The position numbers were made by a program, and so were the translations under genes. Under the pieces are notes generated by a model. That model had not been told where the DNA came from. It did not search any database and saw only the letters and a list, made by a program, of their open reading frames with translations. A DNA stretch of 62,684 nt, counting the filler, from Aduncisulcus paluster (taxonomy: Eukaryota): NCBI GenBank assembly GCA_024181965.1. It is 5 parts of 5 records of this genome, joined end to end, with 100 filler letters (N's around TTAATTAATTAA, not from the genome) between each part and the next. Parts side by side here need not be neighbours in the genome. Positions count along the whole stretch, not along the records: positions 1 to 20,727 come from BQXS01010957.1; 4 more parts are not named here. The stretch is one strand, 5' to 3'. This document shows, in pieces, positions 10,631 to 20,727 of the stretch (position 1 is its first letter; the number at the start of each line of letters is the position of its first letter).

Positions 10631-13402
10631 ATGGTTCAATGGTTCACCATTCCAGGTGGCTGTAATTGGAAAAGTTATAAAAATGAGTTAAAAATAATTC
10701 AACACTCATGTATTAATGGTATCGCAACCGTCGAGGCTGTTGTCGATTGTTTTTTGAAATTACAGGAAATTAAGAGATGTGGAGACTTTCAAAAACGTTC
10801 TTTGACATTTATTTTCTCTGGAGCTTGCGATTTAGTTTCAAAACATAATGATCTATCATCTTCTCAAGTTCTTAATGATTCTATCGGAATGATGATTAAC
10901 TGTTGTCTTTTACTTGATCATAGGGATGGAATGGCTGATAAATTTGCAAAAATTTCTTCAAATAATCCTGTTTTTATTATTTCCCGTTTAATGTGTCTCT
11001 CGCTAAATGCTCTTGCCTTTTTAAATCTTTTTGATAATTATTCATATAATATGACCTTTCTAAAGTTTCCAGTGTCTCATTCTGGCAAGTATATTCCTGA
11101 AGATGGGATCCTCTTTCAGGTTGAGAAATGTGCTTGTATGCTCCAATACTTTATCGAGGCCAAATTTTCCTTTTCTGAGCTTGAAAAGAATTGTATTGTT
11201 CTTGTTCATCGTTCAATTTCAAAGAAATTTGTTCATGATGTTCTAAATCCCGAACCAATAATGAAATCTTCCAAAGGAAAGAAAAAGGGAAAGAAAAATA
11301 GATCAGTATATAGTAGTGATGAAATGGGAGTGTTTCTCGATGATTTCCATTATAAATCATTATATCCAACGTCGTGGGATATCTCTTCTGATCACTATGA
11401 AGCTATCATGGAGCAAAAACGGAAAGCAAGAAACCGACTCAAATTCAATTTTATTCCACAGTCCGTCCATAGTCATGGGGATACCGAGGTATGTCATGGC
11501 ACAAAACCCTCAATTACAATCTTATCGACGAAATCCTCTCTCCTCTCTCAGGAATTTATCTGTTCACGGACTGTTGGGGACTTTGCAAACAAGCACATCG
11601 GAGGTGGTGTGTTCGGTCGAGGAAGTGTCCAGGAAGAGATAATGTTTCTCACATGTCCGGACTTGTGTGTGAGTAAGTATTTATGTGAAGTTCTTGATGA
11701 TGAAAGTGCCGTGTGGATCTTCGGAGCACCATTAATCTCGAAATATGAAGGGTATAGTAGGAATTTTCGTTATGCCGGAAGAGTGAAGCTTCCAATTGAA
11801 TCGTATGGAAAAAAAAGTTCAGATAAAACTGATTCAATTCATCCGTTGTGCTTGTGTTCTGTTTCAGTGCAAGATATTCCCAAGGTTAAAATGGGTCAAA
11901 AAATATCTAAAACCCCAATTTCTCGTCAGATTAACATTTTGCCTTTTTGCATAACCGTGATGGATGCACTTCATTTTGAAGATAGCGGTTCTGATCTGTT
12001 ACAGCTTTGTCCTGGTAATTTTCTAAGAGAAGTTACAAAAGCCGTTGCAGCTTTTTCTCCTCCATCACTCCAACATATTCAAATTCGGGCCAGTGAGATG
12101 GGATCGGGATCATTGAGAACAGCGAGACCGTATTCTTATTCCGAGCTGATGAACAGCATTCTTGTTCTTTCACATGATGTTTGTTCCAACAATAATCCCT
12201 TGATCATTCGGACTCAGAACGTCAAAGATCTGTATGTTGGCGACCTCGTGAAGTGTAACTTCTATGACTCCGATTTGATCAATGAATGCATTGATTCGGA
12301 TGCTGGAGGGATAATGAAATTATTCTATCGACCGATTGTGAGTGGTCGGTGGGGATGTGGGGCCTTCAATGGTGATGGTCCCGTGAAAGGATTGGTGCAA
12401 ATGTTTGCACTATCAATTGCTAACTATCTGAACAGGGAGAAAATGGAGCAACAACTCAAGCAATCAGAGTATTCTCCTTCAGAATTTTTAATACATTTAG
12501 AACTGTGCCCATACAAAAACAAATCCGATAGTAAGTCATGGAAATCAATTGTAAAACGTATTTATTGTCGTGATATGTGTAGTTGTTTTCAAATATTATC
12601 CAATTTGGATAATTTCAGACAAGATGTGAAACAAAATGCAACATTGGCTGAATATATCAAATTTTGGGATCAATTTAATGAAGAAGAAGAAGAATCCCAA
12701 CCTGATGATCCTATTTTAGAGGCTGCTATAGTTCCTACAAAAGAGATTCAATCATCTGAACTGACTCAATCTTCCTTTGCAGAATCCATTCTATTGTCGA
12801 ATTCTGGTGGTGTATCATGTGACGTGTTATCATCTGTAATACCGTGTGATTCATCCTCCATTGTTCCCAGATCTGATCCAATACACGCCTCTTTAATACC
12901 AGAATATATCGATATATTCTCTGAAACTGTTTCTCAGAATGATGTTATTCCTCTAAATGCACCGATTGAGGTCAAAGATATGGAGGAGAGAAAAGAAGAA
13001 GAAGAGGAGGAGGGAAAAGAAGAAGAAAGAGAAGAAAAAGAGGAAGAAGAGGAGGAGGAAAAAGAAGAAGAAAGAGAAGAAAAAGAGGAAGAAGAGGAGG
13101 AGGAAAAAGAAGAAGAGGAAGAAGAGGAAGAAGGAGAAGAGGATGAAAAGAATGAAGAATCTTCGTCTGAATCTATTCAAACCCACATTTCCTCATTATC
13201 TATTACAATGGAAAGACAAATTGATTGCAAAGTTCCGAATCAACGTAAAATCTTTAGATTCTTTCGGAGAGTATCGTCTTCATTAATTTTATATAAAAAT
13301 CCTTTGCGTGAATATTATAAAAAACTTGAATTTCATTCTCTTTTTGACAAAACTCCCCAATATTCAAATCCATTGCAGAAAATTAGACAAAAGGCAAAAT
13401 AG
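10631..13402 (+). CDS. PARG: Poly(ADP-ribose) glycohydrolase with acidic C-terminal tail
   Basis: DFANKHIGGGVFGRGSVQEEIMF (GGG-x6-QEE catalytic signature), YEGYSRNF, MDALHF, SGRWGCGAFNGD. First ATG is at 10631 (the track starts at a TTG, 10586). Confidence 0.92.
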   Translation: MVQWFTIPGGCNWKSYKNELKIIQHSCINGIATVEAVVDCFLKLQEIKRCGDFQKRSLTFIFSGACDLVSKHNDLSSSQVLNDSIGMMINCCLLLDHRDGMADKFAKISSNNPVFIISRLMCLSLNALAFLNLFDNYSYNMTFLKFPVSHSGKYIPEDGILFQVEKCACMLQYFIEAKFSFSELEKNCIVLVHRSISKKFVHDVLNPEPIMKSSKGKKKGKKNRSVYSSDEMGVFLDDFHYKSLYPTSWDISSDHYEAIMEQKRKARNRLKFNFIPQSVHSHGDTEVCHGTKPSITILSTKSSLLSQEFICSRTVGDFANKHIGGGVFGRGSVQEEIMFLTCPDLCVSKYLCEVLDDESAVWIFGAPLISKYEGYSRNFRYAGRVKLPIESYGKKSSDKTDSIHPLCLCSVSVQDIPKVKMGQKISKTPISRQINILPFCITVMDALHFEDSGSDLLQLCPGNFLREVTKAVAAFSPPSLQHIQIRASEMGSGSLRTARPYSYSELMNSILVLSHDVCSNNNPLIIRTQNVKDLYVGDLVKCNFYDSDLINECIDSDAGGIMKLFYRPIVSGRWGCGAFNGDGPVKGLVQMFALSIANYLNREKMEQQLKQSEYSPSEFLIHLELCPYKNKSDSKSWKSIVKRIYCRDMCSCFQILSNLDNFRQDVKQNATLAEYIKFWDQFNEEEEESQPDDPILEAAIVPTKEIQSSELTQSSFAESILLSNSGGVSCDVLSSVIPCDSSSIVPRSDPIHASLIPEYIDIFSETVSQNDVIPLNAPIEVKDMEERKEEEEEEGKEEEREEKEEEEEEEKEEEREEKEEEEEEEKEEEEEEEEGEEDEKNEESSSESIQTHISSLSITMERQIDCKVPNQRKIFRFFRRVSSSLILYKNPLREYYKKLEFHSLFDKTPQYSNPLQKIRQKAK

Positions 13403-13717
13403 TGTATTTTCGGACTCGTTTATCATGAAATCATTATTGAATTTATTGTTTATTAGTTTTAAAAAACTGTTTTTTTCTTTCTTTTCGAGAATATGGAACC
13501 TTATATACTATACTATAATTTCACCGGAATAACAACCTATCACCGATAGGTCCAGTAGTAGAGTATAGTGGTCCTATCGGTTGAATAAGCAGGATCACAC
13601 AGAAGACACATGCATTGCATTGTAAATCTTGGCCCAATTATTCACAATAATAGATATTGTGACAATAATGTTTATTTGGCGATGATTCTATAGTTCCTGA
13701 GAACTTCTCATTGAAGG

Positions 13718-13760
13718 TGTTACTGTACTGTACTATACGGTAATATACTGTACTGTAACA
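13718..13760. repeat. (TACTG)n microsatellite bounded by TGTTAC/GTAACA inverted ends
   Basis: TGTTACTGTACTGTACTATACGGTAATATACTGTACTGTAACA read directly. Confidence 0.65.
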
Positions 13761-13802
13761 TAAAATTTGATCAGCAGGAATAAATAAATAAATTTCCAAG
13801 AT

Positions 13803-14852
13803 TTAACCTGAAGTATCTCCCTCACCCCAATAAGCATGACGATTTGGTGGACCCATACCTCTGCTGTCATTCGTCTCAGCTAAAATACGTTGAGTCCTTC
13901 GCACACGAACCAAATCATCAACAAGTGAATCATCTTGCTCCGAACTTCTTCTATCAGCACCACCAACACTGGCTTCAGTTCGAGTTTGAGATCTCCTTAC
14001 GGTCCGATCTCTTCCCCTACCTCCCCTTCGTCTCCGCCTTTGGGCCACAGCCTCGTCTTCCCGAACCTCATCAATCCATGAATCCAAGTTCGATGTCCAC
14101 AAATCAGTTTCTGAAAAACACCTCTTCCAAGCCTTTCTGCTGAGATATGTATACTTTTTGACATTTCCATACTTAACTCTTACACGGCTTATTAAAGACA
14201 AAATCAAGCGATCGTGTTCAAGAGAACTAAGTCGAATAAATCGTTGCCGCAGAGGATGAGACAATTCAAAAGAATCAATGGCTTTCAACAAAAAGTATTT
14301 AACTTCCCTTGCTTCAGTTGATGAAGGATTCAAAAAATCTTGAAGGAGGAAAAGTACGGCTCGATCAATAAGGTGATCAAATGATTTATCATATGAAGAT
14401 ATTATGTGTCTAAGAGTATCAGCTCTCTCAGGAGTAAGCTTCTCTGGGTCATATTGTTCGGCAATATGACGTTCAATGTCAGATTGTCTTCTATGTAAGT
14501 CATTCAAGGTATCAAAAACCTCTTTCATTTTGGTTCCGAGATCTAAAAAAGATTTTCGAAACTCCTTTTGAATAGAGCGAACACTACAAAGAGTGGCTCG
14601 TTGTCCCGCCGAAATAAACTCAATATAATCAAATAGTTCGCGCTTGTTGGATGGTAATAAAGCTTCGCCGATTTCCAAAGTAAAAGGGAATGTTGGCCGC
14701 CTTTGACCATCCGATATATCACTTCTTCCTAAAGGTTGTGATGAAATATCAATAGTAGGTATAAAAGGAGCGATTGGAGGTTGTATCTGGTCTTCAGTCA
14801 ACGAAAGACTTTCACTTCTGTTATCTCCCTGTGAAACTGATGGAGATGACAT
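13803..14852 (-). CDS. Hypothetical protein (coiled-coil/helical, basic RRRRRGGRGR patch)
   Basis: 349-aa ATG-initiated ORF with protein-like composition; no family recognised. Confidence 0.7.
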   Translation of the reverse strand: MSSPSVSQGDNRSESLSLTEDQIQPPIAPFIPTIDISSQPLGRSDISDGQRRPTFPFTLEIGEALLPSNKRELFDYIEFISAGQRATLCSVRSIQKEFRKSFLDLGTKMKEVFDTLNDLHRRQSDIERHIAEQYDPEKLTPERADTLRHIISSYDKSFDHLIDRAVLFLLQDFLNPSSTEAREVKYFLLKAIDSFELSHPLRQRFIRLSSLEHDRLILSLISRVRVKYGNVKKYTYLSRKAWKRCFSETDLWTSNLDSWIDEVREDEAVAQRRRRRGGRGRDRTVRRSQTRTEASVGGADRRSSEQDDSLVDDLVRVRRTQRILAETNDSRGMGPPNRHAYWGEGDTSG

Positions 14853-15111
14853 AATTTAGAACTCCTAATATTCTATTATTAAAAAAAAATTCAAAAGGCC
14901 TGTCCAAATACATATCATGTAGAATACGAGTTTCAAATGTCGGGGCGTCTAAATGTGGATCTTGCAGCGTAAACATTATTCAAATATTTATGGAAAATTT
15001 TTTGGGCGAAGGAAACCCGACAAAGTTAGATATGCGACCAAGATTTGAGATGACTCGCATAGTTTTCATTTCTAATTGAAAAAAACATGTCATTTGTCTC
15101 ATGTAATCAGA

Positions 15112-15942
15112 ATGGAAGATCACATTAAACATATTTTAGATGGACAACAACAGTTTTTTGAAAAAATACAGACATCAATCCACCGTTATGAGGCCAGACA
15201 GCGTGAATTAGAAGATCTAGTTGGTTCTTTGTTATCTGAATTGGAATTGACAAAAAAAGAATTGTCTGAGTTATCAACAAGAGTTGATTCTCAACAACAA
15301 AGTTTATCAAGTTCTTTTTCTCACTCTCCAATCCTTGATATCGAGGAAGTGAATCCCACTGAAAATCACGATTCCACAAAAAAAGTTATTGAATTTGAAA
15401 AGATTCAATTTGATGAGCAACAATCTCCGAAATTAAAACATATGAAAACGCCTCCCATTCCTTCACCTATCGAAATCGGGGAACTCATCTATCAATCTGT
15501 ATTTCAAAAATCTCAAGAAAAATCATTTTTACCGGAAACAACAAGGAAAGAATCAATCCCAATACTATCTCTTAGCCATCATTCTGAACATGAAAAGCAT
15601 CCTGATTCCCATTATCCTCCATCCTTTGAGGATTCTTTCATTCATCTTTCATCGATATCTCCCTTGGAAATTGGTCCTTATTCTTTCTTTTCACCACTTT
15701 CTCTTCAATCACCAAAATCTGAGGGGGAGTCTGAATGGGATGAAGGACTCGAACTTCGGGTGGGAACAAGAGTGGCCGAAATGATACGAAATATTAATCA
15801 AAGATCGCTATACAAAGTGGATTTGTCGTATTTTAAGAAGGATGATGTTGTTTTTGCCGTATTTTCTCGCTTTCTCGCCAATTTGGATCGGTATTTATCT
15901 CAATTTGATTCACGCTCCATGCCCAGCGATTCAGATAAGTAA
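15112..15942 (+). CDS. Hypothetical protein with N-terminal coiled coil
   Basis: Long ORF, first ATG at 15112 (MEDHIKH...); divergent from the 13803-14852 gene. Confidence 0.65.
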   Translation: MEDHIKHILDGQQQFFEKIQTSIHRYEARQRELEDLVGSLLSELELTKKELSELSTRVDSQQQSLSSSFSHSPILDIEEVNPTENHDSTKKVIEFEKIQFDEQQSPKLKHMKTPPIPSPIEIGELIYQSVFQKSQEKSFLPETTRKESIPILSLSHHSEHEKHPDSHYPPSFEDSFIHLSSISPLEIGPYSFFSPLSLQSPKSEGESEWDEGLELRVGTRVAEMIRNINQRSLYKVDLSYFKKDDVVFAVFSRFLANLDRYLSQFDSRSMPSDSDK

Positions 15943-16247
15943 GGATGAGGATTTTTTCTTGAATTTATAAGATTGTTTTTAAAAAAGGCCTTTTATGAGA
16001 GGAGATACATTTTGGTTCAACTTCGAACATTGATATCTTATTAATTTTATTAAAAATCTACAATTATCATCAAAACAATCGAAGGTGAATCACAAATAGG
16101 ATGTATATTCGGACAAAATGACAATAATAACCCTCGAGAAAACAATAATGTAAATTAAGTATGGAAAGATGAATTGGAGTATTCAGTATTTGTCATCATA
16201 GATCTATTTGGACATGAATTTATAAAAATTTTTTAGAACAAAATATC

Positions 16248-16653
16248 TCACTGAGCATCTTGTAAAGCTTGTTCTTGAGTCTTACCCCTAGCATATGGAT
16301 TGTACTGTAAAAGCTGATCAACAAGATCAACATGAGTCAAAATCATTCTTCTGCAGCAATATCTTGTTAATCCTAAGGCCTCTAGAGCTTCTCTATCAGA
16401 GGAGTATCAAAAAAAGAGCAAAAATGTAAGGAAAGAAATAATTGGGGGGGGAATAAGGGAAAAATGACAATAAACATACTTTTGAGATTTTCCATCGGCT
16501 AATAATTTTGTATATGTTTCATATAAGTTCCCTACAACGTAAAATAGAAAAAAAATAACAAGTTAGTGAAATATCATGAAAAAATCCAGAAAGAAAGAAA
16601 TAATGGGTAATACATATTTTTCCACAGGTAAAACAGCGAACTGGGATAATCAT
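16248..16653 (-). CDS. RPB10: RNA polymerase I/II/III shared subunit RPB10 (RPABC5), 79 aa, 3 exons: 16653-16618, 16538-16480, 16392-16248
   Basis: Spliced translation [79 protein letters not shown] contains the hallmark [12 protein letters not shown] and RYCCRRM zinc motifs. Not in the ORF track. Confidence 0.95.
16393..16479 (-). other. RPB10 intron 2, 87 nt, GT-AG, phase 2
   Basis: GTATGT...pyrimidine-rich...GATAG; removal restores the frame into EALEALGL. Confidence 0.9.
16539..16617 (-). other. RPB10 intron 1, 79 nt, probable AT-AC intron, phase 0
   Basis: ATATGT...CACTAAC...TTTTTCTATTTTAC; removal gives GK-VVGN, matching the RPB10 consensus GK[IV][VI]G[ND]. Confidence 0.75.
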
Positions 16654-16981
16654 TGCTGATCTAGTTAGACAAATCAGATGAATTTGATATCTTCATGAAA
16701 CCTAATGAATTCGATATAAATGGATCATTCCTGCGATGATAACACCTCGTTAAAGCAATTTACTATATTTTTTTCCTTTCTATATCAGAGAATAAGAGGG
16801 GAATGGCAAAATATGCTGATTAATGAAGTATCTCTGTATAATAAAGATTGAGAACGGTTATAGGAGGTAACAACAAATTGATAAATCGTATTTTTGTTTC
16901 TTGGAACAAATAAGATACAGATATAAATCATCTAAAAATAGGTGATGATACAATATTGTTCAATCCACCATTTGGCACGCT

Positions 16982-18814
16982 ATGAGTAAGACATCACGTA
17001 CAGCTATCGTTAATCCTGATCGCTGCAAGCCTGAGATATGTAGTCAGGAATGTCGTAGGGTGTGTCCAGTTGTTAAGATGGGGAAAAGATGTATCGTCGT
17101 CACAAAGAAGATTGCCATGCTTTCTGAAACTCTTTGTATTGGTTGTGGTATATGTCCAGGTAAATGTCCTTTTAAAGCAATCACAATTATCAATCTTCCA
17201 AGTGATTTGGATGAAAAACTCATTTACAGATATGGAAGAAATGCTTTTAAACTTCATCGGTTACCTACCCCTAGACCCGGTCAAATTCTTGGTTTGCTTG
17301 GTCAGAATGGTATTGGTAAAAGTACTGCTCTGAGAATTATGGCAGGAAAATTGGTTCCTAATTTTGGTAATTTCAAGGAAGAATCTGATTGGGAAGATGT
17401 CTGTGAATATTTCCGTGGTTCAGAATTGCAAGCATACTTTAAGAAAGTGGTGGAACAATCAATTGTTGTTCGTACAAAGCCTCAATACGTTGATGTTATT
17501 CCTAAGAAGATTCCTGGAAGTGTCGGAAACGTTTTAATGAAACTCCACTCAAAACCCCTTCCTATTGTCAAAGATATTATAGCGAAATTGGATCTTGTTC
17601 ATCTTCTCAAGCGTAAAATCAAACTTTTGTCCGGTGGTGAGCTTCAGAGATTCGCCTGTGCTTTGAGCATGGTTCAAACGGGAACAATGTACATGTTTGA
17701 TGAGCCTTCTTCATATTTAGATGTTAAACAGAGATTGACCGTTGCTAGAATGATTCGTGACATGATTGTCGGTGATCACGAGGTTTATTCCATCGTTGTT
17801 GAACATGATCTTGCTATTCTTGATTATTTGAGTGATTTTGTATGTGTTTTGTATGGTACCCCCGGTGTATATGGTGTGATCACCTTCCCATTCAACGTTA
17901 GAGATGGAATCAATGTATTTTTGGCTGGTTTTATCCAAACTGAGAATATGAGGTTCAGGGATTATGCTATTTCATTCAAAATGACAACAGATACCGATGA
18001 AGAAGAGGGTGAAGCCAGTGATGTCATCCGAGAGCAAGAATACCCCGATATGCGTATTGATAGAGACGAATTCCACCTCACTGTCGAGGCTGGAAAGTTC
18101 AGAGACTCTGAAATTGTTGTTCTTATCGGAGAAAACGGTATGGGTAAGACCACTCTGATCCGTGCTTTGGCTGGTATGAAGGGACTCGATCCCAAAGAGC
18201 TTGACAGTGATGATTTGGTCGATATGCCTTCCCTGTCTGTCTCCATGAAGCCTCAGAAACTCTCTCCTTCCTTTGAGGGTACAGTTGAGCAACTTCTCAA
18301 GAAGAGAATTAGGCCAGCTCTTTCCCATGCTCAATTCCAGACAGATGTGTTCAAACCTATGAACATGGATGTCCTCATGGACAGAACTGTCACTGAGCTG
18401 AGTGGAGGTGAGCTCCAACGTGTCGCTATCGTTATGGCTCTTGGAAAGCCTGCTGATGTCTATCTTCTCGATGAGCCCAGTGCTTACCTTGATGCCGAAC
18501 AGCGTATGATCACCGCAAAGGTTATCAAGAGGTTTATTTTACATTCCAAGAAGACTGCGTTCGTTGTTGAGCATGATTTCTTGATGTCCACCTACCTTGC
18601 TGACCGTGTGATCATCTACTCCGGTGAACCTGGTGTGAAATGTACTGCTCACGCTCCCCAGGGTCTTGTTGCTGGAATGAACACTTTCTTGAAGAGTCTT
18701 GATGTCACTTTCAGGCGTGATCCAACCAACTTTAGACCTAGGATTAACAAATTCCTCTCTCAAAAGGATAAGGAACAGAAGGCCACCGGTGATTTCTTCT
18801 TCGAGGAGAAGTAA
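16982..18814 (+). CDS. ABCE1: ABCE1/RLI1 Fe-S ribosome-recycling ATPase
   Basis: N-terminal Fe-S cysteines (CKPEICSQECRRVCP; CIGCGICPGKCPF), two ABC domains (GQNGIGKS, LSGGELQR, DEPSSYLD; GENGMGKT, LSGGELQR, DEPSAYLD), C-terminal TFRRDPTNFRPRINK. Confidence 0.98.
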   Translation: MSKTSRTAIVNPDRCKPEICSQECRRVCPVVKMGKRCIVVTKKIAMLSETLCIGCGICPGKCPFKAITIINLPSDLDEKLIYRYGRNAFKLHRLPTPRPGQILGLLGQNGIGKSTALRIMAGKLVPNFGNFKEESDWEDVCEYFRGSELQAYFKKVVEQSIVVRTKPQYVDVIPKKIPGSVGNVLMKLHSKPLPIVKDIIAKLDLVHLLKRKIKLLSGGELQRFACALSMVQTGTMYMFDEPSSYLDVKQRLTVARMIRDMIVGDHEVYSIVVEHDLAILDYLSDFVCVLYGTPGVYGVITFPFNVRDGINVFLAGFIQTENMRFRDYAISFKMTTDTDEEEGEASDVIREQEYPDMRIDRDEFHLTVEAGKFRDSEIVVLIGENGMGKTTLIRALAGMKGLDPKELDSDDLVDMPSLSVSMKPQKLSPSFEGTVEQLLKKRIRPALSHAQFQTDVFKPMNMDVLMDRTVTELSGGELQRVAIVMALGKPADVYLLDEPSAYLDAEQRMITAKVIKRFILHSKKTAFVVEHDFLMSTYLADRVIIYSGEPGVKCTAHAPQGLVAGMNTFLKSLDVTFRRDPTNFRPRINKFLSQKDKEQKATGDFFFEEK

Positions 18815-19060
18815 GGAAAATATATCAATCATTTTTGTTATCTGAGAATCATTAACATTTATTTGGATGGTGTTTTACGCTCCGTCTTTTCCGATAAATA
18901 AAGAAATATCTCCATTTGATTGCCTTTTTTAATAATTTTATTTGCAATTATCATGATAATACAATCAATTAGCATGACATCAACATCATGATCCTTGTTG
19001 CTCAGAACGATGACTGAGTCAGTTCATCATTTTCGTCCTCTTTCTTCGATAACAACTATA

Positions 19061-20727
19061 ATGGATTTTATTCCTTCATGTATGTTGTGTTTACTTATCT
19101 GTTTATTCTTTTCTCCTTGTATAAATATGTTTTAAAACGAATCTAATTTGTCATGAATATTGTTGTCGCTATTCACTCTGTTTTAACATAGTTTCAAAAG
19201 ATATTCATCCAGAATTTGCTTGCAGATGGAATTTAACTCCCCATGAAATCGAAGCCTTGACTGAATATTGTATTGATGTCGATAAGCGTCTTGTTGATAC
19301 AATCGTCAGAATTCCTGACTGCCACCGCACATACGAAAATACAGTTCAACCTCTGGTTCAAGATGTTTTGTATGAATCAATTGAATCTAGTTTCACCATC
19401 GTTTCTTACGTATCCAAGTTCAAATCTGTAAGAGAAGCATCTTACAAAGCCAGAGATAAACTTAGTCAGTATGGAGTTGGTCGATACATGCGTAAAGATC
19501 TTTATTTGGCCCTCAAGGCTGTTCATATTAATGAAGTCGAGAAAGCCAAAATCCATCCTGAAGAGGTGAGAATTCTCGATAAAATGGTAAGAAACAGGGA
19601 ACAACGGGGTCTTATGCTACCTATTGATGAGCGTGAGAAATTGACCAAACTCAAGCAAAAGATGGCCTCTCTCAAAACTGAGTTTAATCAAGCTGTGCAA
19701 TCAGATGATACCCAATTCCTTTTCACCTCTGATGACCTCAAAGGATTGCCCGAGTCCTTCTTTAAAGGTCTTGAGAAGAAGAAAGATGATGATGGTATTG
19801 AGAAATTCGTTGTGACCCTGAAATATCCTCACCTTGTCCCAATATTACAGAAATGTTCTGTCAGAAAAACAAGACAACTCATGGAAAAGGCAAAGAACAA
19901 TATTGGAAATCCCAAGAATTTGGACCGTCTGTTGGAGATTGTGAAGCTTCGTCATGAAGTTGCCCAATTATTGGGTTACAAGAGTCATGCTCATCTCGTT
20001 CAGATTGAGAATATGGCTAAGAATCCTGAGAAGGTTCAAGATTTCTTGAATGATATCTTCTCTAAATTCAAGAAACAGGCTGACCTTGAGAGAGAACGTG
20101 CCTTCTCCATCGGAAGGGAAGAATGTGGGGAGTCTGTTGCCGTCGATGAGGGTGAACAAGAGATGTTCAACGCCTGTGATATCTCATATTTGCTCCAAAA
20201 GATCGAAGAGAAGGAGTACCAATTCGATAAGGAACTTGTACGTCCCTATTTTGAGCTCTCTTCCACTTTTAAGAGTATCTTTGCTATTTTTGAAGAAGTG
20301 CTCGGTGTTGAGATCATTGAAGTCGAAAAGGAAGTAGATGAACCAGAATTGAAGGAAGAAAAAGAGGAAGGAGCAAAGGAAGAGGAAGGAGCAAAGGAAG
20401 AGGAAGGAGCGAAAGAGGAGGAAGGAGAAGAGAAAAAGGAAGAGAAGAGTCCCGTTGATAAAGATGCTTTGATTGCTGAAGGATGTTTGATTGCTCAACG
20501 GATCCGTAAGACATCCATGCTCACTTCCGATGGGAAAGTTCGTGTTTGGCATGCCGATGTTCGTCCATTTGCTGTATATACTGCTGAGGACCCTGAAAAC
20601 CCTCTCCCTAAAGAGCACCGTTTCCTCGGTTACCTTGTGTGTGACCTTCATCCAAGGACTGGAAAGTATTCCCACGCCTGTATGCTTCCAATCGTTCAAC
20701 CCTGTCGTAGACGATTCTGGGACTCCT
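19061..20727 (+). CDS. Peptidase M3A (thimet oligopeptidase/neurolysin-like), one 112-nt intron at 19080-19191, truncated at contig end
   Basis: Exon 1 MDFIPS, intron GTATGT...CATAG, then RWNLTPHEIEAL; VTLKYPH, AQLLGYKSHA, MAKNPEKV, RPYFEL, VWHADVR, DLHPRTGKYSHA are M3A motifs. HEXXH lies beyond the break. An upstream in-frame ATG exists at 19010. Confidence 0.88.

Noticed and set aside
12953-13286. Poly-Phe and poly-Lys/Arg ORFs overlapping PARG, and similar short ORFs within other large genes
   Set aside because: Alternative-frame shadows of GAA-rich low-complexity coding sequence.
7812-13402. RING E3 next to PARG as a PAR-dependent ubiquitylation module
   Set aside because: No WWE, PBZ or macro domain is visible in the RING protein, and adjacency in a eukaryote is weak evidence.
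18812-18814. Possible TAA/TAG=Gln code as in hexamitid diplomonads
   Set aside because: ABCE1 ends with TAA at its normal C-terminus, and multi-kb frames contain no in-frame TAA/TAG.
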